A stretch of 64,000 nt of DNA, from contig OZ024741.1 in assembly GCA_964016885.1 (NCBI GenBank), positions 3,844,001 to 3,908,000 on the forward strand. The letters run 5' to 3'. The DNA comes from Eledone cirrhosa. Taxonomy: Eukaryota. A model generated the notes under the pieces. The model was not told the DNA's origin. It made no database searches and saw only the letters and a list, made by a program, of their open reading frames with translations. Of the stretch, positions 37,817 through 52,300 are shown in pieces; the first letter of the stretch is position 1, and each line of letters begins with the position of its first letter. The position numbers and the translations under genes are program-made.

Positions 37817-38243
37817 GTAGGTAGTTTGTTCCATGGAGGTTTTAAAGGATGCAGTGTCCTGACAGCTAACAACTGATGCAGGTAGTGTGTTCCATGGAGG
37901 TTTTTAAGGATGCAGTGTCTCGACAGCTAACAACTGATGCAGGTAGGTTGTTCCATAGAGGTTTTTAAAGATGCAGTGTCTCGACATCTAACAACTGATG
38001 TAGGTAGTTTGTTCCATGGAGGTTTTAAAGGATGCAGTGTCTCGACAGCTAACAACTGATGCAAGTAGTTTGTTCCATGGAGGTTTTAAAGGATGCAGTG
38101 ACTCGACAGCTAACAATTGATGCAGGTAGTTTGTTCCATGGAGGTTTTAATGGATCCAGTGTCTCAACAGCTAACAACTGATGAAGGTAATTTGTTCCAT
38201 GGATGTTTTAAAGGATGCAGTGTCTCGACAGCTAACAACTGAT

Positions 38244-41200
38244 GCAGGTAGTTTGTTCCATGGAGGTTTTAAAGGGAGCAGTGTCTCGACAGCTAACAAC
38301 TGATGCAGGTAGTTTGTTCCATAGAGCTTTTAAAGGATGCAGTGTCTCGACAGCTAACAACTGATGCAGGTAGTTTGTTCCATGGAGGTTTTAAAGGATG
38401 CAGTGTCTCGACAGCTAACAACTGATACAGGTAGTTTGTTCCATGGAGGTTTTAAAGGATGTAGTGTCTCGACAGCTAAAAACTGATCCAGGTAGTTTGT
38501 TCCATGGATGTTTTAAAGGATGCAGTGTCTCAACAGCTAACAACTGATGCAGGTAGTTTGTTCCATAGAGGTTTTAAAGGATGCAGTGTCTCGACCGCTA
38601 ACAACTGTTGCAGGTAGTTTGTTCCATGGAGATTCTAAAGGATGCAGTGTCTCGACAGCTAACAACTGATGTAGGTAGTTTGTTCCATGGATGTTTTAAA
38701 GGATGCAGTCTCTCGACAGCTTATAACTGGTGCTGGTAGTTTGTTCCATGGAGGTTTTAAAGGATCCAGTGTCTCAACAGCTAACAACTGATGCTGGTAG
38801 TTTGTTCCATGGAGGTTTTAAAGGATGCAGTGTCTCGACAGCTAATAGCTGATGAAGGTAGTTTGTTCAATGGAGGTTTTAAAGGATGCAGTGTCTCGAC
38901 AGCTAACAACTGGTGCTGGTAGTTTGTTCCTTGGAGGTATTAAAGGATTCAGTGTCTCGACAGCTAACAACTGATTCTGGTAGTGTGTTCCATGGAGGTT
39001 TCAAACGATCCAGTGTCTCGACAGCTAACAACTGATGCAGGTAGTTTGTTCCATGGATGTTTTAAAGGATGCAGTGTCTCGACAGCTAACAACTGATGCA
39101 GGTAGTTTGTTCCATGGAGGTTTTAAAGGATGCAGTGTCTCGACAGCTAACAACTGATTCTGGTAGTTTGTTCCATGGAGGTTTCAAACGATCCAGTGTC
39201 TCGACAGCTAACTACTGATGCAGGTAGTTTGTTCCATGGATGTTTTAAAGGATGCAGTGTCTCGACAGCTAACAACTGATGCTGGTAGTTTGTTCCATGG
39301 AGATTTTAAAGGATCTAGTGTCTCAATAGCTAACAACTGATGCTGGTAGTTTGTTCCATGGAGGTTTTAAAGGATGCAGTGTCTTGACAGCTAACAACTG
39401 ATGGAGGTAGTTTCTTCCATGGATGTTTTAAAGGATGCAGTGTCGCGACAGCTAACAACCGATACTGGTAGTCTGTTCCATGCAGGTTTTAAAGGATCCA
39501 GTGTCTCGACAGCTAACAGCTGATGCTGGTAGTTTGTTCCATGGAGGTTTGAAAGGATGCAGTGTCTTGACAGCTAACAACTGATGCAGGTAGTTTGTTC
39601 CATGGAGGTTTTAAAGGATGCAGTATCTCAAAAGCTAGCAACTGATGCAGGTAGTTTGTTCCATGGAGGTTTTAATGGATCCAGTGTCTCGACAGCTAAC
39701 AACTAATGAAGGTAGTTTGTTCCATGGAGGTTTTAAAGGATGCAGTGTCTCGACAGCTAACAACTGATGCAGGTAGTTTGTTCCATGGAGGTTTTAAAGG
39801 GAGCAGTGTCTCGACAGCTAACAACTGATGCAGGTAGTTTGTTCCATAGAGCTTTTAAAGGATGCAGTGTCTCGACAGCTAACAACTGATGCAGGTAGTT
39901 TGTTCCATGGAGGTTTTAAAGGATGCAGTGTCTCGACAGCTAACAACTGATACAGGTAGTTTGTTCCATGGAGGTTTTAAAGGATGTAGTGTCTCGACAG
40001 CTAAAAACTGATCCAGGTAGTTTGTTCCATGGATGTTTTAAAGGATGCAGTGTCTCAACAGCTAACAACTGATGCAGGTAGTTTGTTCCATAGAGGTTTT
40101 AAAGGATGCAGTGTCTCGACCGCTAACAACTGTTGCAGGTAGTTTGTTCCATGGAGATTCTAAAGGATGCAGTGTCTCGACAGCTAACAACTGATGTAGG
40201 TAGTTTGTTCCATGGATGTTTTAAAGGATGCAGTCTCTCGACAGCTTATAACTGGTGCTGGTAGTTTGTTCCATGGAGGTTTTAAAGGATCCAGTGTCTC
40301 AACAGCTAACAACTGATGCTGGTAGTTTGTTCCATGGAGGTTTTAAAGGATGCAGTGTCTCGACAGCTAATAGCTGATGAAGGTAGTTTGTTCAATGGAG
40401 GTTTTAAAGGATGCAGTGTCTCGACAGCTAACAACTGGTGCTGGTAGTTTGTTCCTTGGAGGTATTAAAGGATTCAGTGTCTCGACAGCTAACAACTGAT
40501 TCTGGTAGTGTGTTCCATGGAGGTTTCAAACGATCCAGTGTCTCGACAGCTAACAACTGATGCAGGTAGTTTGTTCCATGGATGTTTTAAAGGATGCAGT
40601 GTCTCGACAGCTAACAACTGATGCAGGTAGTTTGTTCCATGGAGGTTTTAAAGGATGCAGTGTCTCGACAGCTAACAACTGATTCTGGTAGTTTGTTCCA
40701 TGGAGGTTTCAAACGATCCAGTGTCTCGACAGCTAACTACTGATGCAGGTAGTTTGTTCCATGGATGTTTTAAAGGATGCAGTGTCTCGACAGCTAACAA
40801 CTGATGCTGGTAGTTTGTTCCATGGAGATTTTAAAGGATCTAGTGTCTCAATAGCTAACAACTGATGCTGGTAGTTTGTTCCATGGCGGTTTTAAAGGAT
40901 GCAGTGTCTTGACAGCTAACAACTGATGGAGGTAGTTTCTTCCATGGATGTTTTAAAGGATGCAGTGTCGCGACAGCTAACAACCGATACTGGTAGTCTG
41001 TTCCATGCAGGTTTTAAAGGATCCAGTGTCTCGACAGCTAACAGCTGATGCTGGTAGTTTGTTCCATGGAGGTTTGAAAGGATGCAGTGTCTTGACAGCT
41101 AACAACTGATGCAGGTAGTTTGTTCCATGGAGGTTTTAAAGGATGCAGTATCTCAAAAGCTAGCAACTGATGCAGGTAGTTTGTTCCATGGAGGTTTTAA

Positions 41201-41293
41201 TGGATCCAGTGTCTCGACAGCTAACAACTAATGAAGGTAGTTTGTTCCATGGAGGTTTTAAAGGATGCAGTGTCTCGACAGCTAACAACTGAT
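38244..41293 (+). repeat. Tandem duplication of a 25-monomer block (1,525 bp x2)
   Basis: AAAGGGAGC lies at 38271/39796 and GACCGCTAACAACTGTTG at 38593/40118. CAGCTTATAACT, GGTATTAAAGGATTC and GATACTGGTAGTCTG also repeat at offset 1525 = 25x61. The only difference I noticed is CCATGGCGG near 40887. Confidence 0.92.
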
Positions 41294-44200
41294 GCAGGTA
41301 GTTTGTTCCATAGAGGTTTTTAAGGATGCAGTGTCTTGACAGCTAACAACTGATGCAGGTAGTTTGTTCCATGGAGGTTTTAATGGATCCAGTGTCTCGA
41401 CAGCTAACAACTAATGAAGGTAGTTTGTTCCATGGAGGTTTTAAAGGATCCAGTGTCTCGACAGCTAACAACTGATGTAGTTAGTTTGTTCCATGGAGGT
41501 TTTAAAGGATACAGTGTCTCGACAGCTAACAACTGATGCAAGTAGTTTGTTCCATGGAGGTTTTAAAGGATGCAGTGTCTCGACAGCTAACAACTGATGC
41601 AAGTAGTTTGTTCCATGGAGGTTTTAAAGGATGCAGTGTCTCGACAGCTAACAACTGATTCTGGTAGTTTGTTCCATGGAGGTTTTAAAGGATGCAGTGT
41701 CTTGACAGCTAACAACTGGTGCTGGTAGTTTGTTCCATGGAGGTTTTAAAGGATGCAGTGTCTCGACAGCTAACAACTGATTCTGGTAGTTTGTTCCATG
41801 GAGGTTTCAAACGATCCAGTGTCTCGACAGCTAACAACTGATGCAGGTAGTTTGTTCCATGGAGATTTTAAAGGATCTAGTGTCTCGATAGCTAACAACT
41901 GATGCTGGTAGTTTGTTCCATGGAGGTTTTAAAGGATGCAGTGTCTCGACAGCTAACAACTGGTGCAGGTAGTTTGTTCCATGGAGGTTTTAAAAGATGC
42001 AGTGTCTCGACAGCTAACAACTGATGCAGGTAGTTTGTTCCATGGAGGTTTTAAAGGATGCAGTATCTCAAAAGCTAACAACTGATGCAGATAGTTTGTT
42101 CCATAGAAGTTTTAAAGGATGCAGTGTCCGGACAGCTAACAACTGATGCAGGTAGTGTGTTCCATGGAGGTTTTTAAGGATGCAGTGTCTCGACAGCTAA
42201 CAACTGATGCAGATAGTTTGTTCCATGGAGGTTTTAATGGATCCAGTGTCTCGACAGCTAACAACTAATGAAGGTAGTTTGTTCCATGGAGGTTTTAAAT
42301 GATCCAGTGTCTCGACAGCTAACAACTGATGTAGGTAGTTTGTTCCATGGAGGTTTTAAAGGATGCAGTGTCCCGACAGCTAACAACTGATGCAGGTAGT
42401 GTGTTCCATGGAGGTTTTTAAGGATGCAATGTCTCGACAGCTAACAACTGATGCAGGTAGTTTGTTCCATAGAGGTTTTTAAAGATGCAGTATCTCAACA
42501 GCTAACAACTGATGCAGGTAGTTTGTTCCATGGAGGTTTTAATGGATCCAGTGTCACGACAGCTAACAACTAATGGAGGTAGTTTGTTCCATGGAGGTTT
42601 TAAAGGATCCAGTGTCTCGACAGCTAACAACTGATGTAGGTAGTTTGTTCCATGGAGGTTTTAAAGGATGCAGTGTCCCGACAGCTAACAACTGATGCAG
42701 GTAGTGTGTTCCATGGAGGTTTTTAAGGATGCAGTGACTCGACAGCTAACAACTGATGCAGGTAGTTTGTTCCATAGAGGTTTTTAAAGATGCAGTTTCT
42801 CGACAGCTAACAACTGATACAGGTAGTTTGTTCCATGGAAGTTTTAATGGATCCAGTGTCTCAACAGCTTACAACTAATGGAGGTAGTTTGTTCCATGCA
42901 GGTTTTAAAGGATCCAGTGTCTCGACAGCTAAGAACTGATGTAGGTAGTTTGTTCCATGGAGGTTTTAAAGGATGCAGTGTTTCGACAGCTAACAACTGA
43001 TGCAAGTAGTTTGTTCCATGGAGGTTTTAAAGGATGCAGTGTCTCGACAGCTAACAACTGATGCAGGTAGTTTATTCCATAGAGGTTTTAAAGGATGCAG
43101 TGTCTCGACAGCTAACAACTGATGCAGGTAGTTTGTTCAATAGAGGTTTTTAAGGATGCAGTGTCTCGACAGCTAACAACTGATGTAGGTAGTTTGTTCC
43201 ATAGAGGTTTTAAAGGATGCAGTGTCTCGACAGCTAACAACTGATGCAGGTAGTTTGTTCCATAGAGGTTTTTAAGGATGCAGTGTCTCGACAGCTAACA
43301 ACTGATGCAGGTAGTTTGTTCCATAGAGGTTTTTAAGGATGCAGTGTCTCGACAGCTAACAACTGATGCAGGTAGTTTGTTCCATGGAGGTTTTAATGGA
43401 TCCAGTGTCTCGACAGCTAACAACTAATGGAGGTAGTTTGTTCCATGGAGGTTTTAAAGGATCCAGTGTCTCGACAGCTAACAACTGATGCATGTAGTTT
43501 GTTCCATGGAGGTTTTAAAGGATGCAGTATCTCAAAAGCTAACAACTGATGCAGGTAGTTTGTTCCATAGAGGTTTTAAAGGATGCAGTGTCCCGACAGC
43601 TAACAACTGATGCAGGTAGTGTGTTCCATGGAGGTTTTTAAGGATGCAGTGTCTCGACAGCTAACAACTGATGCAGGTAGTTTGTTCCATGGAGGTTTTA
43701 ATGGATCCAGTGTCTCGACAGCTAACAACTGATGAAGGTAATTTGTTCCATGGATGTTTTAAAGGATGCAGTGTCTCGACAGCTAACAACTGATGCAGGT
43801 AGTTTGTTCCATGGAGGTTTTAAAGGAAGCAGTGTCTCGACAGCTAACAACTGATGCAGGTAGTTTTTTCCATAGAGGTTTTAAAGGATGCAGTGTCACA
43901 ACAGCTAACAACTGATGCAGGTAGTTTGTTCCATGGATGTTTTAAAGGATGCAATGTCTCGACAGCTAACAACTGATGAAGGTAGTTTGTTCCATGGAGG
44001 TTTTAGAGGATGCAGTATCTCAAAAGCTAACAACTGATGCAGGTAGTTTGTTCCATAGAGGTTTTAAAGGATGCAGTGTCACGACAGCTAACAACTGATG
44101 CAGGTAGTGTGTTCCATGGAGGTTTTTAAGGATGCAGTGTCTCAACAGCTAACAACTGATGCAGGTAGTTTGTCCCATGGAGGTTTTAATGGATCCAGTG

Positions 44201-47200
44201 TCTCGACAGCTAACAACTAATGAAGGTAGTTTGTTCCATGGAGGTTTTAAAGGATCCAGTGTCTTGACAGCTAACAACTGATGTAGGTAGTTTGTTCCAT
44301 GGAGGTTTTAAAGGATGCAGTGTCCTGACAGCTAACAACTGATGCAGGTAGTGTGTTCCATGGAGGTTTTTAAGGATGCAGTGTCTCGACAGCTAACAAC
44401 TGATGCAGGTAGTATGTTCCATAGAGGTTTTTAAAGATGCAGTGTCTCGACATCTAACAACTGATGTAGGTAGTTTGTTCCATGGAGGTTTTAAAGGATG
44501 CAGTGTCTCGACAGCTAACAACTGATGCAAGTAGTTTGTTCCATGGAGGTTTTAAAGGATGCAGTGTCTCGACAGCTAACAATTGATGCAGGTAGTTTGT
44601 TCCATGGAGGTTTTAATGGATCCAGTGTCTCGACAGCTAACAACTGATGCAGGTAGTTTGTTCCATAGAGGTTTTAAAGGATGTAGTGTCTCGAGAGCTA
44701 ACAACTGATCCAGGTAGTTTGTTCCATGGATGTTTTAAAGGATGCAGTGTCTCGACAGCTAACAACTGATGCAGATAGTTTGTTCCATAGAGGTTTTAAA
44801 GGATGCAGTGTCTCGACAGCTAACAACTGTTGCAGGTAGTTTGTTCCATGGAGATTCTAAAGGATGCAGTGTCTCGACAGCTAACAACTGATACAGGTAG
44901 TTTGTTCCATGGATGTTTTAAAGGATGCAGTCTCTCGACAGCTAATAACTGGTGCTGGTAGTTTGTTCCATGGAGGTTTTAAAGGATCCAGTGTCTCAAC
45001 AGCTAACAACTGATGCTGGTAGTTTGTTCCATGGAGGTTTTAAAGGATGCAGTGTCTCGACAGCTAATAGCTGATGAAGGTAGTTTGTTCAATGGAGGTT
45101 TTAAAGGATGCAGTGTCTCGACAGCTAACAACTGGTGCTGGTAGTTTGTTCCATGGAGATTTTAAAGGATCTAGTGCCTCAATAGCTAACAACTGATGCT
45201 GGTAGTTTGTTCCATGGAGGTTTTAAAGGATGCAGTGTCTTGACAGCTAACAACTGATGGAGGTAGTTTCTTCCATGGATGTTTTAAAGGATGCAGTGTC
45301 GCGACAGCTAACAACCGATACTGGTAGTCTGTTCCATGCAGGTTTTAAAGGATCCAGTGTCTCGACAGCTAACAGCTGATGCTGGTAGTTTGTTCCATGG
45401 AGGTTTGAAAGGATGCAGTGTCTTGACAGCTAACAACTGATGCAGGTAGTTTGTTCCATGGAGGTTTTAAAGGATGCAGTATCTCAAAAGCTAGCAACTG
45501 ATGCAGGTAGTTTGTTCCATGGAGGTTTTAATGGATCCAGTGTCTCGACAGCTAACAACTAATGAAGGTAGTTTGTTCCATGGAGGTTTTAAAGGATGCA
45601 GTGTCTCGACAGCTAACAACTGATGCAGGTAGTTTGTTCCATAGAGGTTTTTAAGGATGCAGTGTCTTGACAGCTAACAACTGATGCAGGTAGTTTGTTC
45701 GATGGAGGTTTTAATGGATCCAGTGTCTCGACAGCTAACAACTAATGAAGGTAGTTTGTTCCATGGAGGTTTTAAAGGATCCAGTGTCTCGACAGCTAAC
45801 AACTGATGTAGTTAGTTTGTTCCATGGAGGTTTTAAAGGATGCAGTGTCTCGACAGCTAACAACTGATGCAAGTAGTTTGTTCCATGGAGGTTTTAAAGG
45901 ATGCAGTGTCTCGACAGCTAACAACTGATGCAAGTAGTTTGTTCCATGGAGGTTTTAAAGGATGCAGTGTCTCGACAGCTAACAACTGATTCTGGTAGTT
46001 TGTTCCATGGAGGTTTTAAAGGATGCAGTGTCTTGACAGCTAACAACTGGTGCTGGTAGTTTGTTCCATGGAGGTTTTAAAGGATGCAGTGTCTCGACAG
46101 CTAACAACTGATTCTGGTAGTTTGTTCCATGGAGGTTTCAAACGATCCAGTGTCTCGACAGCTAACAACTGATGCAGGTAGTTTGTTCCATGGAGATTTT
46201 AAAGGATCTAGTGTCTCGATAGCTAACAACTGATGCTGGTAGTTTGTTCCATGGAGGTTTTAAAGGATGCAGTGTCTCGACAGCTAACAACTGGTGCAGG
46301 TAGTTTGTTCCATGGAGGTTTTAAAAGATGCAGTGTCTCGACAGCTAACAACTGATGCAGGTAGTTTGTTCCATGGAGGTTTTAAAGGATGCAGTATCTC
46401 AAAAGCTAACAACTGATGCAGAGAGTTTGTTCCATAGAAGTTTTAAAGGATGCAGTGTCCGGACAGCTAACAACTGATGCAGGTAGTGTGTTCCATGGAG
46501 GTTTTTAAGGATGCAGTGTCTCGACAGCTAACAACTGATGCAGATAGTTTGTTCCATGGAGGTTTTAATGGATCCAGTGTCTCGACAGCTAACAACTAAT
46601 GAAGGTAGTTTGTTCCATGGAGGTTTTAAATGATCCAGTGTCTCGACAGCTAACAACTGATGTAGGTAGTTTGTTCCATGGAGGTTTTAAAGGATGCAGT
46701 GTCCCGACAGCTAACAACTGATGCAGGTAGTGTGTTCCATGGAGGTTTTTAAGGATGCAATGTCTCGACAGCTAACAACTGATGCAGGTAGTTTGTTCCA
46801 TAGAGGTTTTTAAAGATGCAGTATCTCAACAGCTAACAACTGATGCAGGTAGTTTGTTCCATGGAGGTTTTAATGGATCCAGTGTCACGACAGCTAACAA
46901 CTAATGGAGGTAGTTTGTTCCATGGAGGTTTTAAAGGATCCAGTGTCTCGACAGCTAACAACTGATGTAGGTAGTTTGTTCCATGGAGGTTTTAAAGGAA
47001 TCAGTGTCCCGACAGCTAACAACTGATGCAGGTAGTGTGTTCCATGGAGGTTTTTAAGGATGCAGTGACTCGACAGCTAACAACTGATGCAGGTAGTTTG
47101 TTCCATAGAGGTTTTTAAAGATGCAGTTTCTCGACAGCTAACAACTGATGCAGGTAGTTTGTTCCATGGAAGTTTTAATGGATCCAGTGTCTCAACAGCT

Positions 47201-49345
47201 TACAACTAATGGAGGTAGTTTGTTCCATGCAGGTTTTAAAGGATCCAGTGTCTCGACAGCTAAGAACTGATGTAGGTAGTTTGTTCCATGGAGGTTTTAA
47301 AGGATGCAGTGTTTCGACAGCTAACAACTGATGCAAGTAGTTTGTTCCATGGAGGTTTTAAAGGATGCAGTGTCTCGACAGCTAACAACTGATGTAGGTA
47401 GTTTGTTCCATAGAGGTTTTAAAGGATGCAGTGTCTCGACAGCTAACAACTGATGCAGGTAGTTTGTTCCATAGAGGTTTTTAAGGATGCAGTGTCTCGA
47501 CAGCTAACAACTGATGCAGGTAGTTTGTTCCATAGAGGTTTTTAAGGATGCAGTGTCTCGACAGCTAACAACTGATGCAGGTAGTTTGTTCCATGGAGGT
47601 TTTAATGGATCCAGTGTCTCGACAGCTAACAACTAATGGAGGTAGTTTGTTCCATGGAGGTTTTAAAGGATCCAGTGTCTCGACAGCTAACAACTGATGC
47701 ATGTAGTTTGTTCCATGGAGGTTTTAAAGGATGCAGTATCTCAAAAGCTAACAACTGATGCAGGTAGTTTGTTCCATAGAGGTTTTAAAGGATGCAGTGT
47801 CCCGACAGCTAACAACTGATGCAGGTAGTGTGTTCCATGGAGGTTTTTAAGGATGCAGTGTCTCGACAGCTAACAACTGATGCTGGTAGTTTGTTCCATG
47901 GAGGTTTTAATGGATCCAGTGTCTCGACAGCTAACAACTGATGAAGGTAATTTGTTCCATGGATGTTTTAAAGGATGCAGTGTCTCGACAGCTAACAACT
48001 GATGCAGGTAGTTTGTTCCATGGAGGTTTTAAAGGAAGCAGTGTCTCGACAGCTAACAACTGATGCAGGTAGTTTGTTCCATAGAGGTTTTAAAGGATGC
48101 AGTGTCACAACAGCTAACAACTGATGCAGGTAGTTTGTTCCATGGATGTTTTAAAGGATGCAGTGTCTCGACAGCTAACAACTGATGAAGGTAGTTTGTT
48201 CCATGGAGGTTTTAGAGGATGCAGTATCTCAAAAGCTAACAACTGATGCAGGTAGTTTGTTCCATAGAGGTTTTAAAGGATGCAGTGTCACGACAGCTAA
48301 CAACTGATGCAGGTAGTGTGTTCCATGGAGGTTTTTAAGGATGCAGTGTCTCAACAGCTAACAACTGATGCAGGTAGTTTGTTCCATGGAGGTTTTAATG
48401 GATCCAGTGTCTCGACAGCTAACAACTAATGAAGGTAGTTTGTTCCATGGAGGTTTTAAAGGATCCAGTGTCTTGACAGCTAACAACTGATGTAGGTAGT
48501 TTGTTCCATGGAGGTTTTAAAGGATGCAGTGTCCTGACAGCTAACAACTGATGCAGGTAGTGTGTTCCATGGAGGTTTTTAAGGATGCAGTGTCTCGACA
48601 GCTAACAACTGATGCAGGTAGTATGTTCCATAGAGGTTTTTAAAGATGCAGTGTCTCGACATCTAACAACTGATGTAGGTAGTTTGTTCCATGGAGGTTT
48701 TAAAGGATGCAGTGTCTCGACAGCTAACAACTGATGCAAGTAGTTTGTTCCATGGAGGTTTTAAAGGATGCAGTGTCTCGACAGCTAACAATTGATGCAG
48801 GTAGTTTGTTCCATGGAGGTTTTAATGGATCCAGTGTCTCGACAGCTAACAACTGATGCAGGTAGTTTGTTCCATAGAGGTTTTAAAGGATGTAGTGTCT
48901 CGAGAGCTAACAACTGATCCAGGTAGTTTGTTCCATGGATGTTTTAAAGGATGCAGTGTCTCGACAGCTAACAACTGATGCAGATAGTTTGTTCCATAGA
49001 GGTTTTAAAGGATGCAGTGTCTCGACAGCTAACAACTGTTGCAGGTAGTTTGTTCCATGGAGATTCTAAAGGATGCAGTGTCTCGACAGCTAACAACTGA
49101 TACAGGTAGTTTGTTCCATGGATGTTTTAAAGGATGCAGTCTCTCGACAGCTAATAACTGGTGCTGGTAGTTTGTTCCATGGAGGTTTTAAAGGATCCAG
49201 TGTCTCAACAGCTAACAACTGATGCTGGTAGTTTGTTCCATGGAGGTTTTAAAGGATGCAGTGTCTCGACAGCTAATAGCTGATGAAGGTAGTTTGTTCA
49301 ATGGAGGTTTTAAAGGATGCAGTGTCTCGACAGCTAACAACTGGT
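40806..49345 (+). repeat. Tandem duplication of a 71/69-monomer block (~4.3 kb x2)
   Basis: The offset is 4331 = 71x61 for GGATCTAG (40836/45167), TCCGGAC (42128/46459) and CTAAGAACT (42931/47262). It falls to 4209 = 69x61 for TCGAGAGC (44691/48900) because two monomers (TTTATTCCATAG and GTTCAATAG types) are absent from the second copy. Confidence 0.9.
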
Positions 49346-49349
49346 GCTG

Positions 49350-52300
49350 GTAGTTTGTTCCTTGGAGGTATTAAAGGATTCAGTGTCTCGACAGCTAACA
49401 ACTAATTCTGGTAGTGTGTTCCATGGAGGTTTCAAACGATCCAGTGTCTCGACAGCTAACAACTGATGCAGGTAGTTTGTTCCATGGATGTTTTAAAGGA
49501 TGCAGTGTCTCGACAGCTAACAACTGATGCAGGTAGTTTGTTCCATGGAGGTTTTAAAGGATGCAGTGTCTCGACAGCTAACAACTGATTCTGGTAGTTT
49601 GTTCCAAGGAGGTTTCAAACGATCCAGTGTCTCGACAGCTAACAACTGATGCAGGTAGTTTGTTCCATGGATGTTTTAAAGGATGCAGTGTCTCGACAGC
49701 TAACAACTGATGCTGGTAGTTTGTTCCATGGAGATTTTAAAGGATGCATTGTCTTGACAGCTAACAACTGATGGAGGTAGTTTCTTCCATGGATGTTTTA
49801 AAGGATGCAGTGTCGCGACAGCTAACAACCGATGCTGGTAGTTTGTTCCATGCAGGTTTTACAGGATCCAGTGTCTCGACAGCTAACAGCTGATGCTGGT
49901 AGTTTGTTCCATGGAGGTTTTAAAGGATGCAGTGTCTTGACAGCTAACAACTGATGCAGGTAGTTTGTTCCATGGAGGTTTTAAAGGATGCAGTATCTCA
50001 AAAGCTAGCAACTGATGCAGGTAGTTTGTTCCATGGAGGTTTTAATGGATCCAGTGTCTCGACAGCTAACAACTAATGAAGGTAGTTTGTTCCATGGAGG
50101 TTTTAAAGGATCCAGTGTCTCGACAGCTAACAACTGATGTAGTTAGTTTGTTCCATGGAGGTTTTAAAGGATGCAGTGTCTCGACAGCTAACAACTGATG
50201 CAAGTAGTTTGTTCCATGGAGGTTTTAAAGGATGCAGTGTCTCGACAGCTAACAACTGATGCAAGTAGTTTGTTCCATGGAGGTTTTAAAGGATGCAGTG
50301 TCTCGACAGCTAACAACTGATTCTGGTAGTTTGTTCCATGGAGGTTTTAAAGGATGCAGTGTCTTGACAGCTAACAACTGGTGCTGGTAGTTTGTTCCAT
50401 GGAGGTTTTAAAGGATGCAGTGTCTCGACAGCTAACAACTGATTCTGGTAGTTTGTTCCATGGAGGTTTCAAACGATCCAGTGTCTCGACAGCTAACAAC
50501 TGATGCAGGTAGTTTGTTCCATGGAGATTTTAAAGGATCTAGTGTCTCGATAGCTAACAACTGATGCTGGTAGTTTGTTCCATGGATGTTTTAAAGGATG
50601 CAGTGTCTCGACAGCTAACAACTGATGCTGGTAGTTTGTTCCATGGAGATTTTAAAGTATCTAGTGTCTCGATATCTAACAACTGATGCTGGTAGTTTGT
50701 TCCATGGAGGTTTTAAAGGATGCAGTGTCTTGACAGCTAACAACTGATGGAGGAATTTTCTTCCATGGATGTTTTAAAGGATGCAGTGTCGCGACAGCTA
50801 ACAACCGATGCTGGTAGTTTGTTCCATGCAGGTTTTAAAGGATCCAGTGTCTCAACAGCTAACAGCTGATGCTGGTAGTTTGTTCCATCGAGGTTTGAAA
50901 GGATGCAGTGTCTTGACAGCTAACAACTGATGCAGGTAGTTTGTTCCATGGAGGTTTTAAAGGATGCAGTATCTCAAAAGCTAGCAACTGATGCAGGTAG
51001 TTTGTTCCATGGAGGTTTTAATGGATCCAGTGTCTCGACAGCTAACAACTAATGAAGGTAGTTTGTTCCATGGAGGTTTTAAAGGATGCAGTGTCTCGAC
51101 AGCTAACAACTGATGCAGGTAGTTTGTTCCATAGAGGTTTTTTAGGATGCAGTGTCTTGACAGCTAACAACTGATGCAGGTAGTTTGTTCCATGGAGGTT
51201 TTAATGGATCCAGTGTCTCGACAGCTAACAACTAATGAAGGTAGTTTGTTCCATGGAGGTTTTAAAGGATCCAGTGTCTCGACAGCTAACAACTGATGTA
51301 GTTAGTTTGTTCCATGGAGGTTTTAAAGGATGCAGTCTCTCGACAGCTAACAACTCATGCAAGTAGTTTGTTCCATGGAGGTTTTAAAGGATGCAGTGTC
51401 TCGACAGCTAACAACTGATGCAAGTAGTTTGTTCCATGGAGGTTTTAAAGGATGCAGTGTCTCGACAGCTAACAACTGATTCTGGTAGTTTGTTCCATGG
51501 AGGTTTTAAAGGATGCAGTGTCTTGACAGCTAACAACTGGTGTTGGTAGTTTGTTCCATGGAGGTTTTAAAGGATGCAGTGTCTCGACAGCTAACAACTG
51601 ATTCTGGTAGTTTGTTTCATGGAGGTTTCAAACGATCCAGTGTCTCGACAGCTAACAACTGATGCAGGTAGTTTGTTCCATGGAGATTTTAAAGGATCTA
51701 GTGTCTCGATAGCTAACAACTGATGCTGGTAGTTTGTTCCATGGAGGTTTTAAAGGATGCAGTGTCTCGACAGCTAACAACTGGTGCAGGTAGTTTGTTC
51801 CATGGATGTTTTAAAGGATGCAGTGTCTCGACAGCTAACAACTGATGCTGGTAGTTTGTTCCATGGAGATTTTAAAGGATCTAGTGTCTCGATAGCTAAC
51901 AACTGATGCTGGTAGTTTGTTCCATGGAGGTTTTAAAGGATGCAGTGTCTCGACAGCTAACAACTGGTGCAGGTAGTTTGTTCCATGGAGGTTTTAAAAG
52001 ATGCAGTGTCTCGACAGCTAACAACTGATGCAGGTAGTTTGTTCCATGGAGGTTTTAAAGGATGCAGTATCTCAAAAGCTAACAACTGATGCAGATAGTT
52101 TGTTCCATAGAAGTTTTAAAGGATGCAGTGTCCGGACAGCTAACAACTGATGCAGGTAGTGTGTTCCATGGAGGTTTTTAAGGATGCAGTGTCTCGACAG
52201 CTAACAACTGATGCAGGTAGTTTGTTCCATAGAGGTTTTTAAGGATGCAGTGTCTCGACAGCTAACAACTGATGCAGGTAGTTTGTTCCACGGAGGTTTT

